In this document: positions 45,300 through 55,273 of the stretch, in pieces
Layout of the letters: each line of letters begins with the position of its first letter
Position numbering within the stretch: position 1 is the first letter of the stretch
NCBI GenBank assembly: GCA_017451295.1
Contig: JAFSPW010000110.1
Coordinates: forward strand, 40,213 to 104,212
DNA from: Clostridia bacterium
GTDB taxonomy: Bacteria > Bacillota > Clostridia > Christensenellales > CAG-138
Direction: 5' to 3'
DNA: 64,000 nt
Notes under the pieces: generated by a model
Seen by the model: only the letters and a program-made list of their open reading frames with translations
Told to the model about the DNA's origin: nothing
The model's database searches: none
Translations under genes and position numbers: made by a program

Positions 45300-46184
45300 T
45301 TATTCGTAGCCCAGTTCATTGAGGACGGATTGCCGGTTGCGCCAGTCGTCCTTAATCTTCACCCACAGCTGCAGGTTCACCCGCATGCCCAACAGCCACT
45401 CCATGTCCTTGCGGGCTTCGGAGCCAATCTTTTTTAGCATGGCGCCGCCCTTGCCGATGATGATGCCCTTATGGCTCTCCCGCTCGCAAAGGATGGTGGC
45501 ATAGCAGTCCATGAGCTGCTTGTCCTCCCGCAGCTGCATTTTGTCCATGCTGACGCCGATGCCGTGCGGCACCTCGTCCTTGAGGAGTTCCAGGGCCTTT
45601 TCCCGAATCATCTCGGCGCAAATCAGCCGCTCCGGCTGGTCCGTCACCATGTCCGGGGGAAAGTATTGGGGACCTTCCACCAGGTAGTTTTGCAGCAGCT
45701 CTTCAAGCTCCTGTAGGCCCTTTCCCGTGAAGGCGGAGATGGGATGGATGTTGTCAAAGCCCGCCGCTTCCACGGCCTGGCGAGCTTCGTCCAGCTGGAG
45801 CTTGGTGGATATGTCGCATTTGTTGAGCAGCACCACCACGGGGCAACGAGCTTTTTTGAGCCGGGAAAGAATCTGCTTGTCCCTGTCCATGACCCCCTTG
45901 CGGGCATCCACCAGAAAGAGGATGGCTTCCACATCCATGAGGCAGTCGTCCGCCGTCTTCTGCATGTACTCGCCCAACCTGTTTTTGGGCACGGTCATGC
46001 CGGGGGTATCGAGGAAAATCATCTGGTACTCGTCCCGGGTCACTACGCCCGTGATTCGGTTGCGGGTGGTTTGGGCCCGGTCGGTGACGATGGAAATCTT
46101 CTGTCCCACCAGGGCGTTGATAAGGGTGGACTTGCCCACATTGGGGCAGCCGATAAGACTGAAAAATCCGCTTTTGTAGGCCAT
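45300..46184 (-). CDS. era: GTPase Era
   Basis: GCPNVGKSTLINAL (G1), DTPG (G3), NKCD (G4) and a C-terminal KH domain. Confidence 0.95.
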   Translation of the reverse strand: MAYKSGFFSLIGCPNVGKSTLINALVGQKISIVTDRAQTTRNRITGVVTRDEYQMIFLDTPGMTVPKNRLGEYMQKTADDCLMDVEAILFLVDARKGVMDRDKQILSRLKKARCPVVVLLNKCDISTKLQLDEARQAVEAAGFDNIHPISAFTGKGLQELEELLQNYLVEGPQYFPPDMVTDQPERLICAEMIREKALELLKDEVPHGIGVSMDKMQLREDKQLMDCYATILCERESHKGIIIGKGGAMLKKIGSEARKDMEWLLGMRVNLQLWVKIKDDWRNRQSVLNELGYE

Positions 46185-46186
46185 GG

Positions 46187-46600
46187 TTACCTCCCTAAAT
46201 CCTTGGGGCCGAAGGCATGGGGCAACAGCTCCTCAAAGGTGCTGATGTTCACCTTGGTCCTGTCAGCATTGGCGGTGATGATGATAAAATCCCCCTTGCA
46301 GAACTCCGCCATGACCTGGCGGCACACCCCGCAGGGGAACCCGGGCTCCTCCCCCGCCACCACGGCGATGGCGGTAAAGGCACGGTGACCGTCGTACACC
46401 GCCTGAAAGAAGGCGGTGCGCTCGGCACAGTTGGTGGGACCGTAGGCGGCGTTTTCGATGTTGCAGCCGCCATAGACCTGACCGTCCGCCGTTAAGAGGG
46501 CGGCTCCCACCTGATAGTGGGAATACGGGGTATAGGCATGGGTGCGGGCTTCCTGGGCCGCATCCAGTAAAGAATCTATCTGCTCCTGGGGCAGGGTCAT
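46187..46600 (-). CDS. cdd: Cytidine deaminase
   Basis: 137 aa with CAERTAF and PCGVCRQ zinc-binding motifs. Confidence 0.9.
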   Translation of the reverse strand: MTLPQEQIDSLLDAAQEARTHAYTPYSHYQVGAALLTADGQVYGGCNIENAAYGPTNCAERTAFFQAVYDGHRAFTAIAVVAGEEPGFPCGVCRQVMAEFCKGDFIIITANADRTKVNISTFEELLPHAFGPKDLGR

Positions 46601-47037
46601 CTTGTTTCACCAATCCTCTCTAAAATGTCCCGCTGTCGGGCGCGCATGACCTGCTCCTCCTCAGGCACCATGTGGTCATAGCCCAAGATGTGCAAGGTGC
46701 CGTGAACCGCCAGAAAGGCCAGCTCCCGGGACAGGCTGTGGCCATACTCCTCGGCTTGCTCCACCGCCCGACTGCGGCAGATCATGATGTCCCCCAGATA
46801 CCCTTCCGGGGTGCCCAGGACCGTTTCCCCCTCGAAGCTAGGGAAGGTGAGCACGTCCGTCACCCGGTCCACCTGGCGAAAGTCCCGGTTGAGCGCGCGA
46901 ATATGCTCCGCTCCCGCCACGAGGACGGTGATGTCCCCCTGGGCGTTCTCCATCTCAAGAGCCGTTTGACAGGCGCGGCGAATGCCCTCCTCCTCCTCTT
47001 TGGTCAGGGCCTGGTCCTCGGATAATACTTCAATCAT
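46597..47037 (-). CDS. ybeY: rRNA maturation RNase YbeY
   Basis: HGTLHILGYDH metal-binding motif, 146 aa. Confidence 0.92.
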   Translation of the reverse strand: MIEVLSEDQALTKEEEEGIRRACQTALEMENAQGDITVLVAGAEHIRALNRDFRQVDRVTDVLTFPSFEGETVLGTPEGYLGDIMICRSRAVEQAEEYGHSLSRELAFLAVHGTLHILGYDHMVPEEEQVMRARQRDILERIGETR

Positions 47038-49187
47038 GGTTCCTCCTTGGGATAGCTGATTCTATCGTGCAGTATGCCGGTGAGGGTCTTCAAAAAGGCT
47101 TCCTGGACCCGGCTCATTTCGCTGAGGGTCAGGGGACAGGCCGCCAGCTGCCCATCCTCCAGCTTGCCCTGAAAGACCTTAGCCACCATATCCTTCACCT
47201 GGGCGGGGCTGGGGTTCTTCAGGGAGCGAACCGCCGCCTCGCAGCTGTCCGCCAGCATCAAGATGGCGCTCTCCCGGCTGTCGGGCCGGGGGCCGGGATA
47301 GCGGAAGTCCGCCTCCTTGGCCTCCCCCTCCTGCCGGGCCTTGTGGTAGAAATAGGCCACCAGGGTGGTGCCGTGGTGCTGGGCCACGATGCGGCGCACG
47401 GCTAACGGTACCTTATACTTGCTGAGCAGCTCCTCCCCCTCCGCCACATGGCCGATGATGATGCGGGCGCTCCGCTGGGGCGGCAGCTGGTCGTGGGGGT
47501 TGATGCCGTTGGCCTGGTTCTCGGAGAACAGCAGGGGGTCCTTGAGCTTCCCCACGTCGTGAAGGGAAGCTGCGGCCTTGCTGAGCAGGGCGTTGGCGCC
47601 GATGGCTCTGGCGCCGCTTTCTGAGAGCAGGGCCACCATCTGGCAATGGTGATAGGTCCCCGGGGCGCTGTTCATCAGCCGCCGCTGCAGGGGGTGGTTG
47701 GCGCTGAGCAGCTCGTTTAGCTTCGATTCGGAGGGCAGTCCAAACAGCAGTTCCCAGATGGCGGTGAAGCCCATGGACAGCACCAGGGCCAACAGAGCGC
47801 CGAGGAACACAAGCCCGAAGGCCAGGAAGGCCGGCAGCCACCCGCCGCCAGCAAGCAGTACCTGGGCCGCGACCATGAGGCCCCCCAACCCACCGGCCAC
47901 CGCCGCCGCCAGAACACTGCCCGTGCGGCGGGTGTCCACGCTCATCAGGCTGATGGCCACCTGCCCTGCCGCCAGGAAGGCGGCTGCATAGGCGAAGGTC
48001 TCCCCGCCAAAGAGGCCGCCTTGGGGCAAAAACAGGCCGCCGGTAAGGCTAAGAAGCACATTGGCGCTGCGGGCGGTCTTCTTTTCATGGGTGGCCGCAA
48101 TCATGAGCGTTCCCATAAGAAGCGGGGCGATGCGGCTTTCAAACAGGGTGAAGGCCCAAACGAGGGCCAGGGTGAGCATGAGCGCCAGGCTGAGCCGAAC
48201 CATGACCAGGGGGGCAAAGGCGGTCTCCCGTTCCGCCAAAAGAAGGTAGAGGGCAAAGGCGCAATAGATGGGGATTAGGTACAGGGCAAAGCCGAGACCC
48301 CGATGGGAGGCGGTGCCGTCCTCCAGCATGTTGAGGGCGGCCAGGTGGGAGATATCCTCCCCGGAAAGAGTGGTCCCGGCCGGCAGCAGCAAGGCGCCCT
48401 TGCGGACGCTGACCGGGTTTACGGCGGCTGCGGCGGCGGAACGCTTTTGCTCCGTCTGCACCTGGTCCACCACCAGGGAGGGCTGCAGGTACAGGTCTAT
48501 CAAATTCCCCGCCAGCTCCGTTTTTTCCACGGCGGACAGGGCGGATTGCTTCAAAGCAGTCTTTACCTGCTCCCGAGCGGCGGACAAATCCGTTTCCCGA
48601 ATGCCCTCCTGCATGGGGGCGAGGACGGCCTCGGTTATGGCAGCGCGCAGGCTCCCGGTGTCCGGGGTTTCCCCTGCATCGTGGAGGCTGTTTTGAGGCA
48701 GATAGCCGTTCAAAAGAGCATAGGCCATGGTGGCATCCAGAGCCTCGCCCAGGCCGTATTCCTCTATCTTTGCGGCAAGGGCCGGGGGCAGGATGATGCT
48801 GTCCCAGGCGGTGCGGTTATAGCGCTTGCCGTCATGCTCCTGGGCGCCCTGCCCCCAGAGGATGACCATCTCCTGCAGGAACAGGTCGTATCGGTCGAAC
48901 CAGCCGGAAAGGCCCTCTTCTGCATCTAAAACGGCCTTTGTATCCAGGGCATAGACGGGCTCCGTCTTGTCTCTTGCCACCTGGCGCTGCCAGTCGGTGC
49001 GATAGGGGTCAATGCCCGAATAGGGATAGAGTAAATCCGCAGAGAGCACATCCCCGGCCTGAAGGTTCAGGCGGGTGTCCGGGTATCGTAAACACAGCAG
49101 CAGCCAGTTTTCCAGGCACACCAAAAGAAGCAGCAACAGCCCCGCTGCCTGCCGCCAGGCCCGTTTACCGACCCTTCCTGCGTCCAT
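47034..49187 (-). CDS. pgpH: 7TM-HD phosphohydrolase (PgpH/YqfF-like)
   Basis: Extracellular N-domain, 7 TM helices, C-terminal HD domain (HHCQMVA...LHDVGK). phoH-pgpH-ybeY synteny. Start moved to ATG 49187 (GGGAGA RBS), 13 nt after the phoH stop. Confidence 0.75.
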   Translation of the reverse strand: MDAGRVGKRAWRQAAGLLLLLLVCLENWLLLCLRYPDTRLNLQAGDVLSADLLYPYSGIDPYRTDWQRQVARDKTEPVYALDTKAVLDAEEGLSGWFDRYDLFLQEMVILWGQGAQEHDGKRYNRTAWDSIILPPALAAKIEEYGLGEALDATMAYALLNGYLPQNSLHDAGETPDTGSLRAAITEAVLAPMQEGIRETDLSAAREQVKTALKQSALSAVEKTELAGNLIDLYLQPSLVVDQVQTEQKRSAAAAAVNPVSVRKGALLLPAGTTLSGEDISHLAALNMLEDGTASHRGLGFALYLIPIYCAFALYLLLAERETAFAPLVMVRLSLALMLTLALVWAFTLFESRIAPLLMGTLMIAATHEKKTARSANVLLSLTGGLFLPQGGLFGGETFAYAAAFLAAGQVAISLMSVDTRRTGSVLAAAVAGGLGGLMVAAQVLLAGGGWLPAFLAFGLVFLGALLALVLSMGFTAIWELLFGLPSESKLNELLSANHPLQRRLMNSAPGTYHHCQMVALLSESGARAIGANALLSKAAASLHDVGKLKDPLLFSENQANGINPHDQLPPQRSARIIIGHVAEGEELLSKYKVPLAVRRIVAQHHGTTLVAYFYHKARQEGEAKEADFRYPGPRPDSRESAILMLADSCEAAVRSLKNPSPAQVKDMVAKVFQGKLEDGQLAACPLTLSEMSRVQEAFLKTLTGILHDRISYPKEEP

Positions 49188-49200
49188 GGCTTGTCTCCCT

Positions 49201-50163
49201 TCAGTTCTGCTTTTCGCCCCGTTCATAGGCCTGGATGATGCGCTGCACCAGCTCGTGGCGGACCACATCCTTATGGGTCAGGCGAATGACCTTGATGCCC
49301 TCCACATCCTGCAGAATGCGGATGGCGTGTATAAGGCCGCTGACCTTCTCCTTGGGCAAATCCACCTGGGTGATGTCCCCGGTAATCACCGCCCGGCTCC
49401 CCTCCCCCAGACGGGTGAGGAACATCTTCATCTGCTCGATGGAGCAGTTTTGGGCTTCGTCCAGGATGATATAGGCGTTGTTCAGGGTGCGGCCGCGCAT
49501 ATAGGCCAGGGGAGCCACCTCGATGGCGCCCCGCTCCATAAGGCTGCGATAGGTCTCCATGCCGAAGAACTCCTGCAGCGCATCGTACAGGGGGCGCAGG
49601 TAAGGGTCCACCTTGTTCTGCAAATCCCCGGGCAAGAAGCCCAGCTTTTCCCCTGCCTCCACAGCGGGCCGGGTGAGGATGATTCTGTCCACTTCCTTAT
49701 TCTTAAAGGCCAGCACCGCCATGGCTACGGCCAGATAGGTTTTGCCCGTGCCTGCCGGGCCCACGCCAAAGACCAGCTCATACTCCTTTAGGGCAGAGAT
49801 GTATTTCTTTTGGCCCAGGGTCTTGCACTTGATCTGCTTCCCCTTGGCGGTGAGGGCCACCACATCCCCCATGATTTCGGAGATAAGGTCCGCATTCCCC
49901 TCCCGGGCAAGGTCCACCGCATAGCGGATGCGGCTGCGGTTGATGGGCTCCCCCTTGCGCTGCATGGACAAGAGTTTTTCCAGCACCAGGCGGCAAAGCT
50001 CGGCATTCTCCCGCTCCCCCTCGATGCAGATGCCGTCCCCATCGACGGTGATGAGGGTGCCGGTCTCCTGCTCAAAGAGGGTGACATTTTCATCCAGCAC
50101 GCCAAAGAGGCCGGCGGCATCCTCCATACTGGTCAGCTCGATTTTTTCCTTGATAACATCCAT
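49201..50163 (-). CDS. phoH: PhoH-like ATPase
   Basis: GPAGTGKTYLAVA Walker A and IILDEAQN Walker B in a 320-aa PhoH-family protein. Confidence 0.9.
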   Translation of the reverse strand: MDVIKEKIELTSMEDAAGLFGVLDENVTLFEQETGTLITVDGDGICIEGERENAELCRLVLEKLLSMQRKGEPINRSRIRYAVDLAREGNADLISEIMGDVVALTAKGKQIKCKTLGQKKYISALKEYELVFGVGPAGTGKTYLAVAMAVLAFKNKEVDRIILTRPAVEAGEKLGFLPGDLQNKVDPYLRPLYDALQEFFGMETYRSLMERGAIEVAPLAYMRGRTLNNAYIILDEAQNCSIEQMKMFLTRLGEGSRAVITGDITQVDLPKEKVSGLIHAIRILQDVEGIKVIRLTHKDVVRHELVQRIIQAYERGEKQN

Positions 50164-50167
50164 GGGC

Positions 50168-51331
50168 CTATTGGTCTATCTCCTTTGTTATGCCGATGTT
50201 CTCCTCTGCAGTTACGGTGCATACCCCCCACAGCTCCCCGTTCTTTTCCAGGGTGTAGGGGTTCAGCATGAGAATCTTTGCCTGCCGGGGCACCTGCAGC
50301 AGTGCCTGCAGCTGGGCTTGTTCCATGGCGGCCTGCTGTTGCTCCTGTACAGACAGCGGCCGCTGCTGCTGTATCTTCTCCCGATAGACCCCTCTTTGTA
50401 TGCAAAGCGGCCAGGGGGAAAGGGGTACGATGCTTTCTATGACCTGCTCGTGCTCCCAAAAGGGGCTGCGGGTCTGTACAAGGGTTTTGTCTCTCCAACA
50501 GATGGCGCCAAAGGGTGCCTCCTCGTTGGAGTATGCCCAATCCGTCTGGGTTTTAGGGGCCATGACCTGTGCTTGGTACACAACCGCCGCCTGGACCTGG
50601 CCATAGGCGTGGGTACGGTAGCTGGTGCTGCCGTCATAGGCGGTGACCTCCCCCGAGATAAGGACCTGGCCGGGTTGGACTTTGTCCCCCACCTGCACCT
50701 TCGCCTGCCCCCGCAAGGCGGTGATGGCGGTGATGACCCCGGCTTTGGCGGCAATCACATGGCAGGGAAAGCTCAAATCCCGGGGAGCATCGGGCGGCTG
50801 AAGGGTTTCCCGCACCTTCACCCGAAGGACGATGCCGTCCACATGGAGGCTGACGAAGGACAGCTCCTCATACCGGGCGGCGATGTCGCTGCCGATGTCC
50901 ATAAGGTACAGCCTGTCTGCCCGGGCGCCGGGAAAAAGCCCTTGGTCATAGAGCGCCTGGCGCAGGACCGTCCCGTCCATCTGCCGGCAGCCTTCGATAT
51001 CCAGCAGCCAAATCCGCCGGGACGCCCACCAGAAGACCAGCAGGGTAAGGCACATGCCGATTAGCAGCACCCAACGCTTAAGCAGCCTTCGCACAAGGAA
51101 GACACCGCCCCGCTTGCCTTTGATATGAATGCGGCAGCGGCACCGGCGGTTGAGGGCGTGGAGGCGGCGAAAGTCCCGGCTTAGGAGGGAACAGGTCAAG
51201 CTTTCCCCGTCCCTGTACACATCCCAGAGGGCCACGCCTTGCTGCCGGAGCAACCCCAACAGGCGCTCCGGGTACACCCCTTCAATTTGTAGTATAACAT
51301 ATCCCAACAAAAAATGCCACATGAACTTCAC
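50168..51331 (-). CDS. yqfD: Sporulation protein YqfD
   Basis: 387 aa; LLGYVILQIEGVYPERLL N-terminus and a central TM as in YqfD. yqfC-yqfD-phoH order matches B. subtilis. Confidence 0.78.
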   Translation of the reverse strand: MKFMWHFLLGYVILQIEGVYPERLLGLLRQQGVALWDVYRDGESLTCSLLSRDFRRLHALNRRCRCRIHIKGKRGGVFLVRRLLKRWVLLIGMCLTLLVFWWASRRIWLLDIEGCRQMDGTVLRQALYDQGLFPGARADRLYLMDIGSDIAARYEELSFVSLHVDGIVLRVKVRETLQPPDAPRDLSFPCHVIAAKAGVITAITALRGQAKVQVGDKVQPGQVLISGEVTAYDGSTSYRTHAYGQVQAAVVYQAQVMAPKTQTDWAYSNEEAPFGAICWRDKTLVQTRSPFWEHEQVIESIVPLSPWPLCIQRGVYREKIQQQRPLSVQEQQQAAMEQAQLQALLQVPRQAKILMLNPYTLEKNGELWGVCTVTAEENIGITKEIDQ

Positions 51332-51597
51332 ACCTCAAAGCCCCAGGATTGCAGGTCTCCCGTGATGAGGGCGCGGCTTTGGCCCAGCTCCTTCACCTGC
51401 AGGTTCTCCCCTTTGACCAGCAGGGTACCGGCACCCGTCAGCAGCAGCACCTCCCCCTGTGTGCAGCGGCGCAGGCTTTTTAGGTTTTCCACCAGCATGC
51501 TGTCCCGGCCCAGGGTGGTAATTCTTGGGACGTTCGGGTCCAGGTCCTCGGGCAAATCCAGCCATTTCAAGGTTTTTTGCAGCCATACATGTTTCAT
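51328..51597 (-). CDS. yqfC: Sporulation protein YqfC (YabP family)
   Basis: 89 aa of YabP/YqfC-like beta-rich sequence (LLVKGENLQVKELGQSRALITGDLQSWGFEV), overlapping the yqfD start by 4 nt. Confidence 0.75.
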   Translation of the reverse strand: MKHVWLQKTLKWLDLPEDLDPNVPRITTLGRDSMLVENLKSLRRCTQGEVLLLTGAGTLLVKGENLQVKELGQSRALITGDLQSWGFEV

Positions 51598-51678
51598 GGT
51601 TTAGTGTATGCGGTTATTGGGGATGTACAACGAAAAATTTGGATGCTATAATGGCGGCAAACGATAGGAGGTATACAG

Positions 51679-52617
51679 ATGGAACAGATACAAGAGCCAA
51701 TGGTTGAACCCCTGCAGGAGCCCCAGGCACCGAGCAGGAAGCAGATGCAGTCCGTCTTTGGCAGCATAGGTCTGGGCCTGGCTATTGCGCTGCTTGCCAG
51801 CCAGCTTATTCAGGGCGTAGTGATGGCCCTGCCGCTTGGCATCGACATGCAAAGCAACGCCTTCCTCTTTGGCGGGCTTAGCACGGCCTTGGTCGCCCTG
51901 CCCGTTTTCTTTTTGTTCGTAAAGTCCCTGCAACGGCAGTTGCCCCAAAAGCACAGCCTGTCCGTGGGCGCCTTTTTTGCCCTGGTGTGCATCAGCTATG
52001 CCTGCATGGTGGTGGGGAACATGGTCGGCATGGGGGTCAATGTTCTGGTGTCCCCCGGCTCCGTGGATTTGGTGGCTCAGCTGGCAACCGCCAGCGGCTT
52101 GACGCCGCTGACTGTGGTGGCCTTCGTGGTGCTGGCGCCGGTGTTTGAGGAGCTGATTTTCCGCAAGCTCCTGGTGGACCGGGTGCTGCCCTATGGGGAG
52201 TGGCCCGCCATCCTCCTGTCCGGCATCACCTTTGGCCTGTACCATGGAAATTTGACCCAGTTCTTCTATGCGGCGCTGCTGGGCATGGTGCTGGCCTATG
52301 TGTACATTCGCACGGGGAATGTGCTGTACACCATGGGGCTGCACGCCTGCGTCAACTTCCTGGGCGGGGTGCTGCCGCTGCTGATTCCTGAGGCCAGTGC
52401 GGTGATTTTGCTGGTGGCCATTGCGGGCATCGTGCTGTTCTTTATGAATAAGAAGAAGATTCACTTTGAAAAAGCCAAGTATCCCGGCACCATCTCGGCC
52501 ATGTTCCTAAACGGCGGCATGATCGTGTACATGCTGCTGTGCCTCATCCTCATCGCCTCCGTGGCCATCCTCATGGCCAACCCGGAGCTTTCCAACCTCT
52601 CGGCTCTGATGCAGTAA
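51679..52617 (+). CDS. CPBP family intramembrane glutamic endopeptidase (CAAX protease-like)
   Basis: EELIFRKLL and FGLYHGN motifs in a polytopic protein. An extended -10 (TGcTATAAT, 51644-51652) lies upstream. Confidence 0.8.
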   Translation: MEQIQEPMVEPLQEPQAPSRKQMQSVFGSIGLGLAIALLASQLIQGVVMALPLGIDMQSNAFLFGGLSTALVALPVFFLFVKSLQRQLPQKHSLSVGAFFALVCISYACMVVGNMVGMGVNVLVSPGSVDLVAQLATASGLTPLTVVAFVVLAPVFEELIFRKLLVDRVLPYGEWPAILLSGITFGLYHGNLTQFFYAALLGMVLAYVYIRTGNVLYTMGLHACVNFLGGVLPLLIPEASAVILLVAIAGIVLFFMNKKKIHFEKAKYPGTISAMFLNGGMIVYMLLCLILIASVAILMANPELSNLSALMQ

Positions 52618-52671
52618 GGAAAGCATACAGCAATCCCCTCCGCCTTTGACGGAGGGGATTTTTGTGTCTCA

Positions 52672-54387
52672 TTATTCGGAATACTCCGCCGGCGGGGGTT
52701 CCGGGGTGGCAAAGTCCTTGGGCGTTTTGGTGGGTTTGGGGGTCTTGGTGGGAGAAGGCGTGGGGGTGGGCTTGGTGCCGTAAATCCACTGCTCCTCTAT
52801 CTTATCGTAGCTGGCGGTGTAGGTATAGATGGTTTTGGGGTTGCCGCCGTTGGTATACTTGTCCACGAAGGTCTTGATGACATAGCCGTCGTGGGCGTTG
52901 CGGGTCTTCACCTGGTAGTTGGTGTCCTGCTTGTTGTCATACTTAATCTCCGGGGTCAGGGCCTTATCCTCGGACACCATCTCCGCCCGGGTCTTATAGG
53001 TGATGCCGGGTTCCTCCATGCCGTACACATCCACATGGATGTCCTTGCGGCGGGAGCTGTCCTTGTTCTTGGTGATATAGACAAAGAGGTAGATGGTATC
53101 GCTCTTGTTGTTCTTGAACTTAAAGTCGATATGGCCATAGTCCACCGTGGCGTCCCAGCCCAGGTCCACATAGTCCGAGGGAATGGAGTGGGGCCGATGA
53201 TAGGTGATCTCCACCCCGGCCAGCAGCAGGGCGTTATACATGGTGGTACTGACCTGGCAGATGCCGCCGCCGGGTTCCTTCCTGTGGTCCTGCCCGTAGA
53301 TGGCGGGGGCCAGGGCCCAGCCGTTCTTCTCACTTCTATCGCCGGTGGCCTTGTTGAAGCTGAAGCTCTCCCCGGGCTTTAGGGTGATAAGGTTCATCAG
53401 CTCCGCACCCTTGCTGATGTTCACATCCCGTCCCTGGCGGGTCTCGAGCAGTTCTTTGGCTGTGGAGCTGGTGCCGGTGAAATAATAGTCCGTAGTGAAG
53501 CTGGACAGATGGGTGGTGGCCTTCTTCAGGCTCTCCACCGTCACCGCCGGCTCAGAGACGGTCACATCCGGGGTAAAGGAAAGCTGGTAGGTGCCGCTTT
53601 GCAGGGCCGTTTGAATCTGGCCGATGACGCCCTGGGTATCCAGCTGCATCCCGTTGACGCCCTCGGTATAGACGAACTTGGGCTTGTGATAGGTGGTCTT
53701 GCCCACCGTATAGGTATCGTACTCCACGGTCATGGAGGCGTTGGTGGCATGGCCGGGCACCCGCTCATTGAGGGCAGCGAGGGCGGCGGTAAGGGCCTCC
53801 TTATCATAGCTCATGGTGAGGGACAGGGCCGCATTCTCCCCTGCGGCGGCGGCCTGCTCCAGGGCCGTATCCATATCAAAGTAGGCACCGATGTCCCGCC
53901 GGGTCAGGGTGGCATCGAAATACTCGTTCTTTAGCGTGATGGCCAGGCTGTTGAGGGCCTCCTCAAAGGCGGTGTTCAACGTTCCCTGGGCCTCCGCGGC
54001 CGTCATGCCCCCCACCTTGATGCCGTTGACGGTGACGCCCTTTTGGATGGGGGTTGCAGGAAGCGTGCTCCCCTGCTGTCCCTCCACGGGACTTGCGCCG
54101 GGCAGAACGGCGGTCTGCGTCGCCGCCGGGAGAGCCTGCTGCTGGTGTCCGTTGCGAATCATCAGGTAGATGGACCAGACCAGAATCGTCAACGCCAGCA
54201 GAAACACAGCCAAGGCCACCCCAAACACACGCCGCTGGCGCTGGCGTGCCTTCTTGCGGGCGGCCGCCCGGCGACGGGCAGCGGCGCGGCGGGCTTTCTC
54301 CTCTGCCGTGGGTTCCTGCTTGGGGGCCGGGTGCATATTCGTCATTTGCAACGCTTCCTTCTCCGGAGCGCTATTGTTCGTATACAT
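52672..54387 (-). CDS. VanW family protein (N-terminal TM, PG-binding-like repeats, VanW domain, Pro/Thr tail)
   Basis: C-terminal VanW core (STTMYNALLLAGVEITYHRPHS...YGHIDFKFKNN), Arg-rich cytoplasmic N-terminus and a single TM. Confidence 0.7.
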   Translation of the reverse strand: MYTNNSAPEKEALQMTNMHPAPKQEPTAEEKARRAAARRRAAARKKARQRQRRVFGVALAVFLLALTILVWSIYLMIRNGHQQQALPAATQTAVLPGASPVEGQQGSTLPATPIQKGVTVNGIKVGGMTAAEAQGTLNTAFEEALNSLAITLKNEYFDATLTRRDIGAYFDMDTALEQAAAAGENAALSLTMSYDKEALTAALAALNERVPGHATNASMTVEYDTYTVGKTTYHKPKFVYTEGVNGMQLDTQGVIGQIQTALQSGTYQLSFTPDVTVSEPAVTVESLKKATTHLSSFTTDYYFTGTSSTAKELLETRQGRDVNISKGAELMNLITLKPGESFSFNKATGDRSEKNGWALAPAIYGQDHRKEPGGGICQVSTTMYNALLLAGVEITYHRPHSIPSDYVDLGWDATVDYGHIDFKFKNNKSDTIYLFVYITKNKDSSRRKDIHVDVYGMEEPGITYKTRAEMVSEDKALTPEIKYDNKQDTNYQVKTRNAHDGYVIKTFVDKYTNGGNPKTIYTYTASYDKIEEQWIYGTKPTPTPSPTKTPKPTKTPKDFATPEPPPAEYSE

Positions 54388-54489
54388 GCCGCCATTATAC
54401 AGGCAATTTACAGAATGTTCAACCGATGTTGCAAAAAATATGCTAAAATTTTACCTGTCTGCGAAGAATGAAAAAGGAGAGCATCTTTT

Positions 54490-54951
54490 ATGTTTCATAT
54501 CGTTATGGTGGAGCCGGAGATTCCCCAAAACACGGGGAATGTGGCCCGCACCTGTTCCGTCACCGGTTCCTGGCTGCATCTGGTTCGCCCGCTGGGCTTC
54601 TCCATCGACGACAAGCACCTCAAGCGGGCGGGGCTGGACTACTGGCACACGCTGAACATCACCTATCACGACAGCCTCCAGGAGCTCTTTGACCAGTACC
54701 CGGAGGGTCGTTTCTTCTTTGCCTCCACCCACGGCGGCAACCGATATACGGACCGGCAGTTCAGGGACGGGGACTTCCTGGTCTTTGGCAAGGAGACCGC
54801 GGGACTGCCCAAGGAACTGCTTTTGGCCCACCCCGACACGACCATCCGCATCCCCATGGGCCAGAACCAACGCTCATTGAATCTGAGCAATTCCGTGGCC
54901 ATCGTCCTATATGAAGCCCTGCGGCAAAACAATTTTTTCGATTTAATCTAA
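54490..54951 (+). CDS. trmL: tRNA (cytidine/uridine(34)-2'-O)-methyltransferase, SpoU family
   Basis: 153 aa; MFHIVMVEPEIPQNTGNVARTC and LVFGKETAGLP...SLNLSNSVAIVLYE are SPOUT/TrmL signatures. Confidence 0.8.
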   Translation: MFHIVMVEPEIPQNTGNVARTCSVTGSWLHLVRPLGFSIDDKHLKRAGLDYWHTLNITYHDSLQELFDQYPEGRFFFASTHGGNRYTDRQFRDGDFLVFGKETAGLPKELLLAHPDTTIRIPMGQNQRSLNLSNSVAIVLYEALRQNNFFDLI

Positions 54952-54958
54952 AAAACGC

Positions 54959-54987
54959 TTGCATTCTGTGGATGCCTGTGGTAATAT
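54959..54987 (+). promoter_or_regulatory. Sigma-A-type promoter of rpmB
   Basis: TTGCAT (54959-54964), 17-nt spacer, TAATAT (54982-54987). Confidence 0.55.
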
Positions 54988-55023
54988 AGCCCCGTTCGAT
55001 TTTTGCAAAGGAGGTGGACTTGA

Positions 55024-55215
55024 ATGGGTAAGTTCTGTGAAGTCTGCAACAAAGGCAAGATGTCCGGCAATAATGTCAGTCATTCCAACCGCAAGACCAA
55101 GCGTAGCTGGGCTCCCAATGTACAGCGGGTGCATGTCATCGTTGACGGCAAGACTCAGATCATGAATGTTTGCACGCGTTGCCTCCGTTCCGGCAAGATC
55201 GTCCGCAGCGTCTAA
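55024..55215 (+). CDS. rpmB: 50S ribosomal protein L28
   Basis: 63 aa; CEVCNKGKMSGNNVSHSNRKTKRSWAPNVQ is the bL28 signature. Confidence 0.93.
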   Translation: MGKFCEVCNKGKMSGNNVSHSNRKTKRSWAPNVQRVHVIVDGKTQIMNVCTRCLRSGKIVRSV

Positions 55216-55273
55216 AGGCAAACGGCACGCCACCTTCCGGGTGGCTTTTTTTATTATAGATTTAGGAGGCACC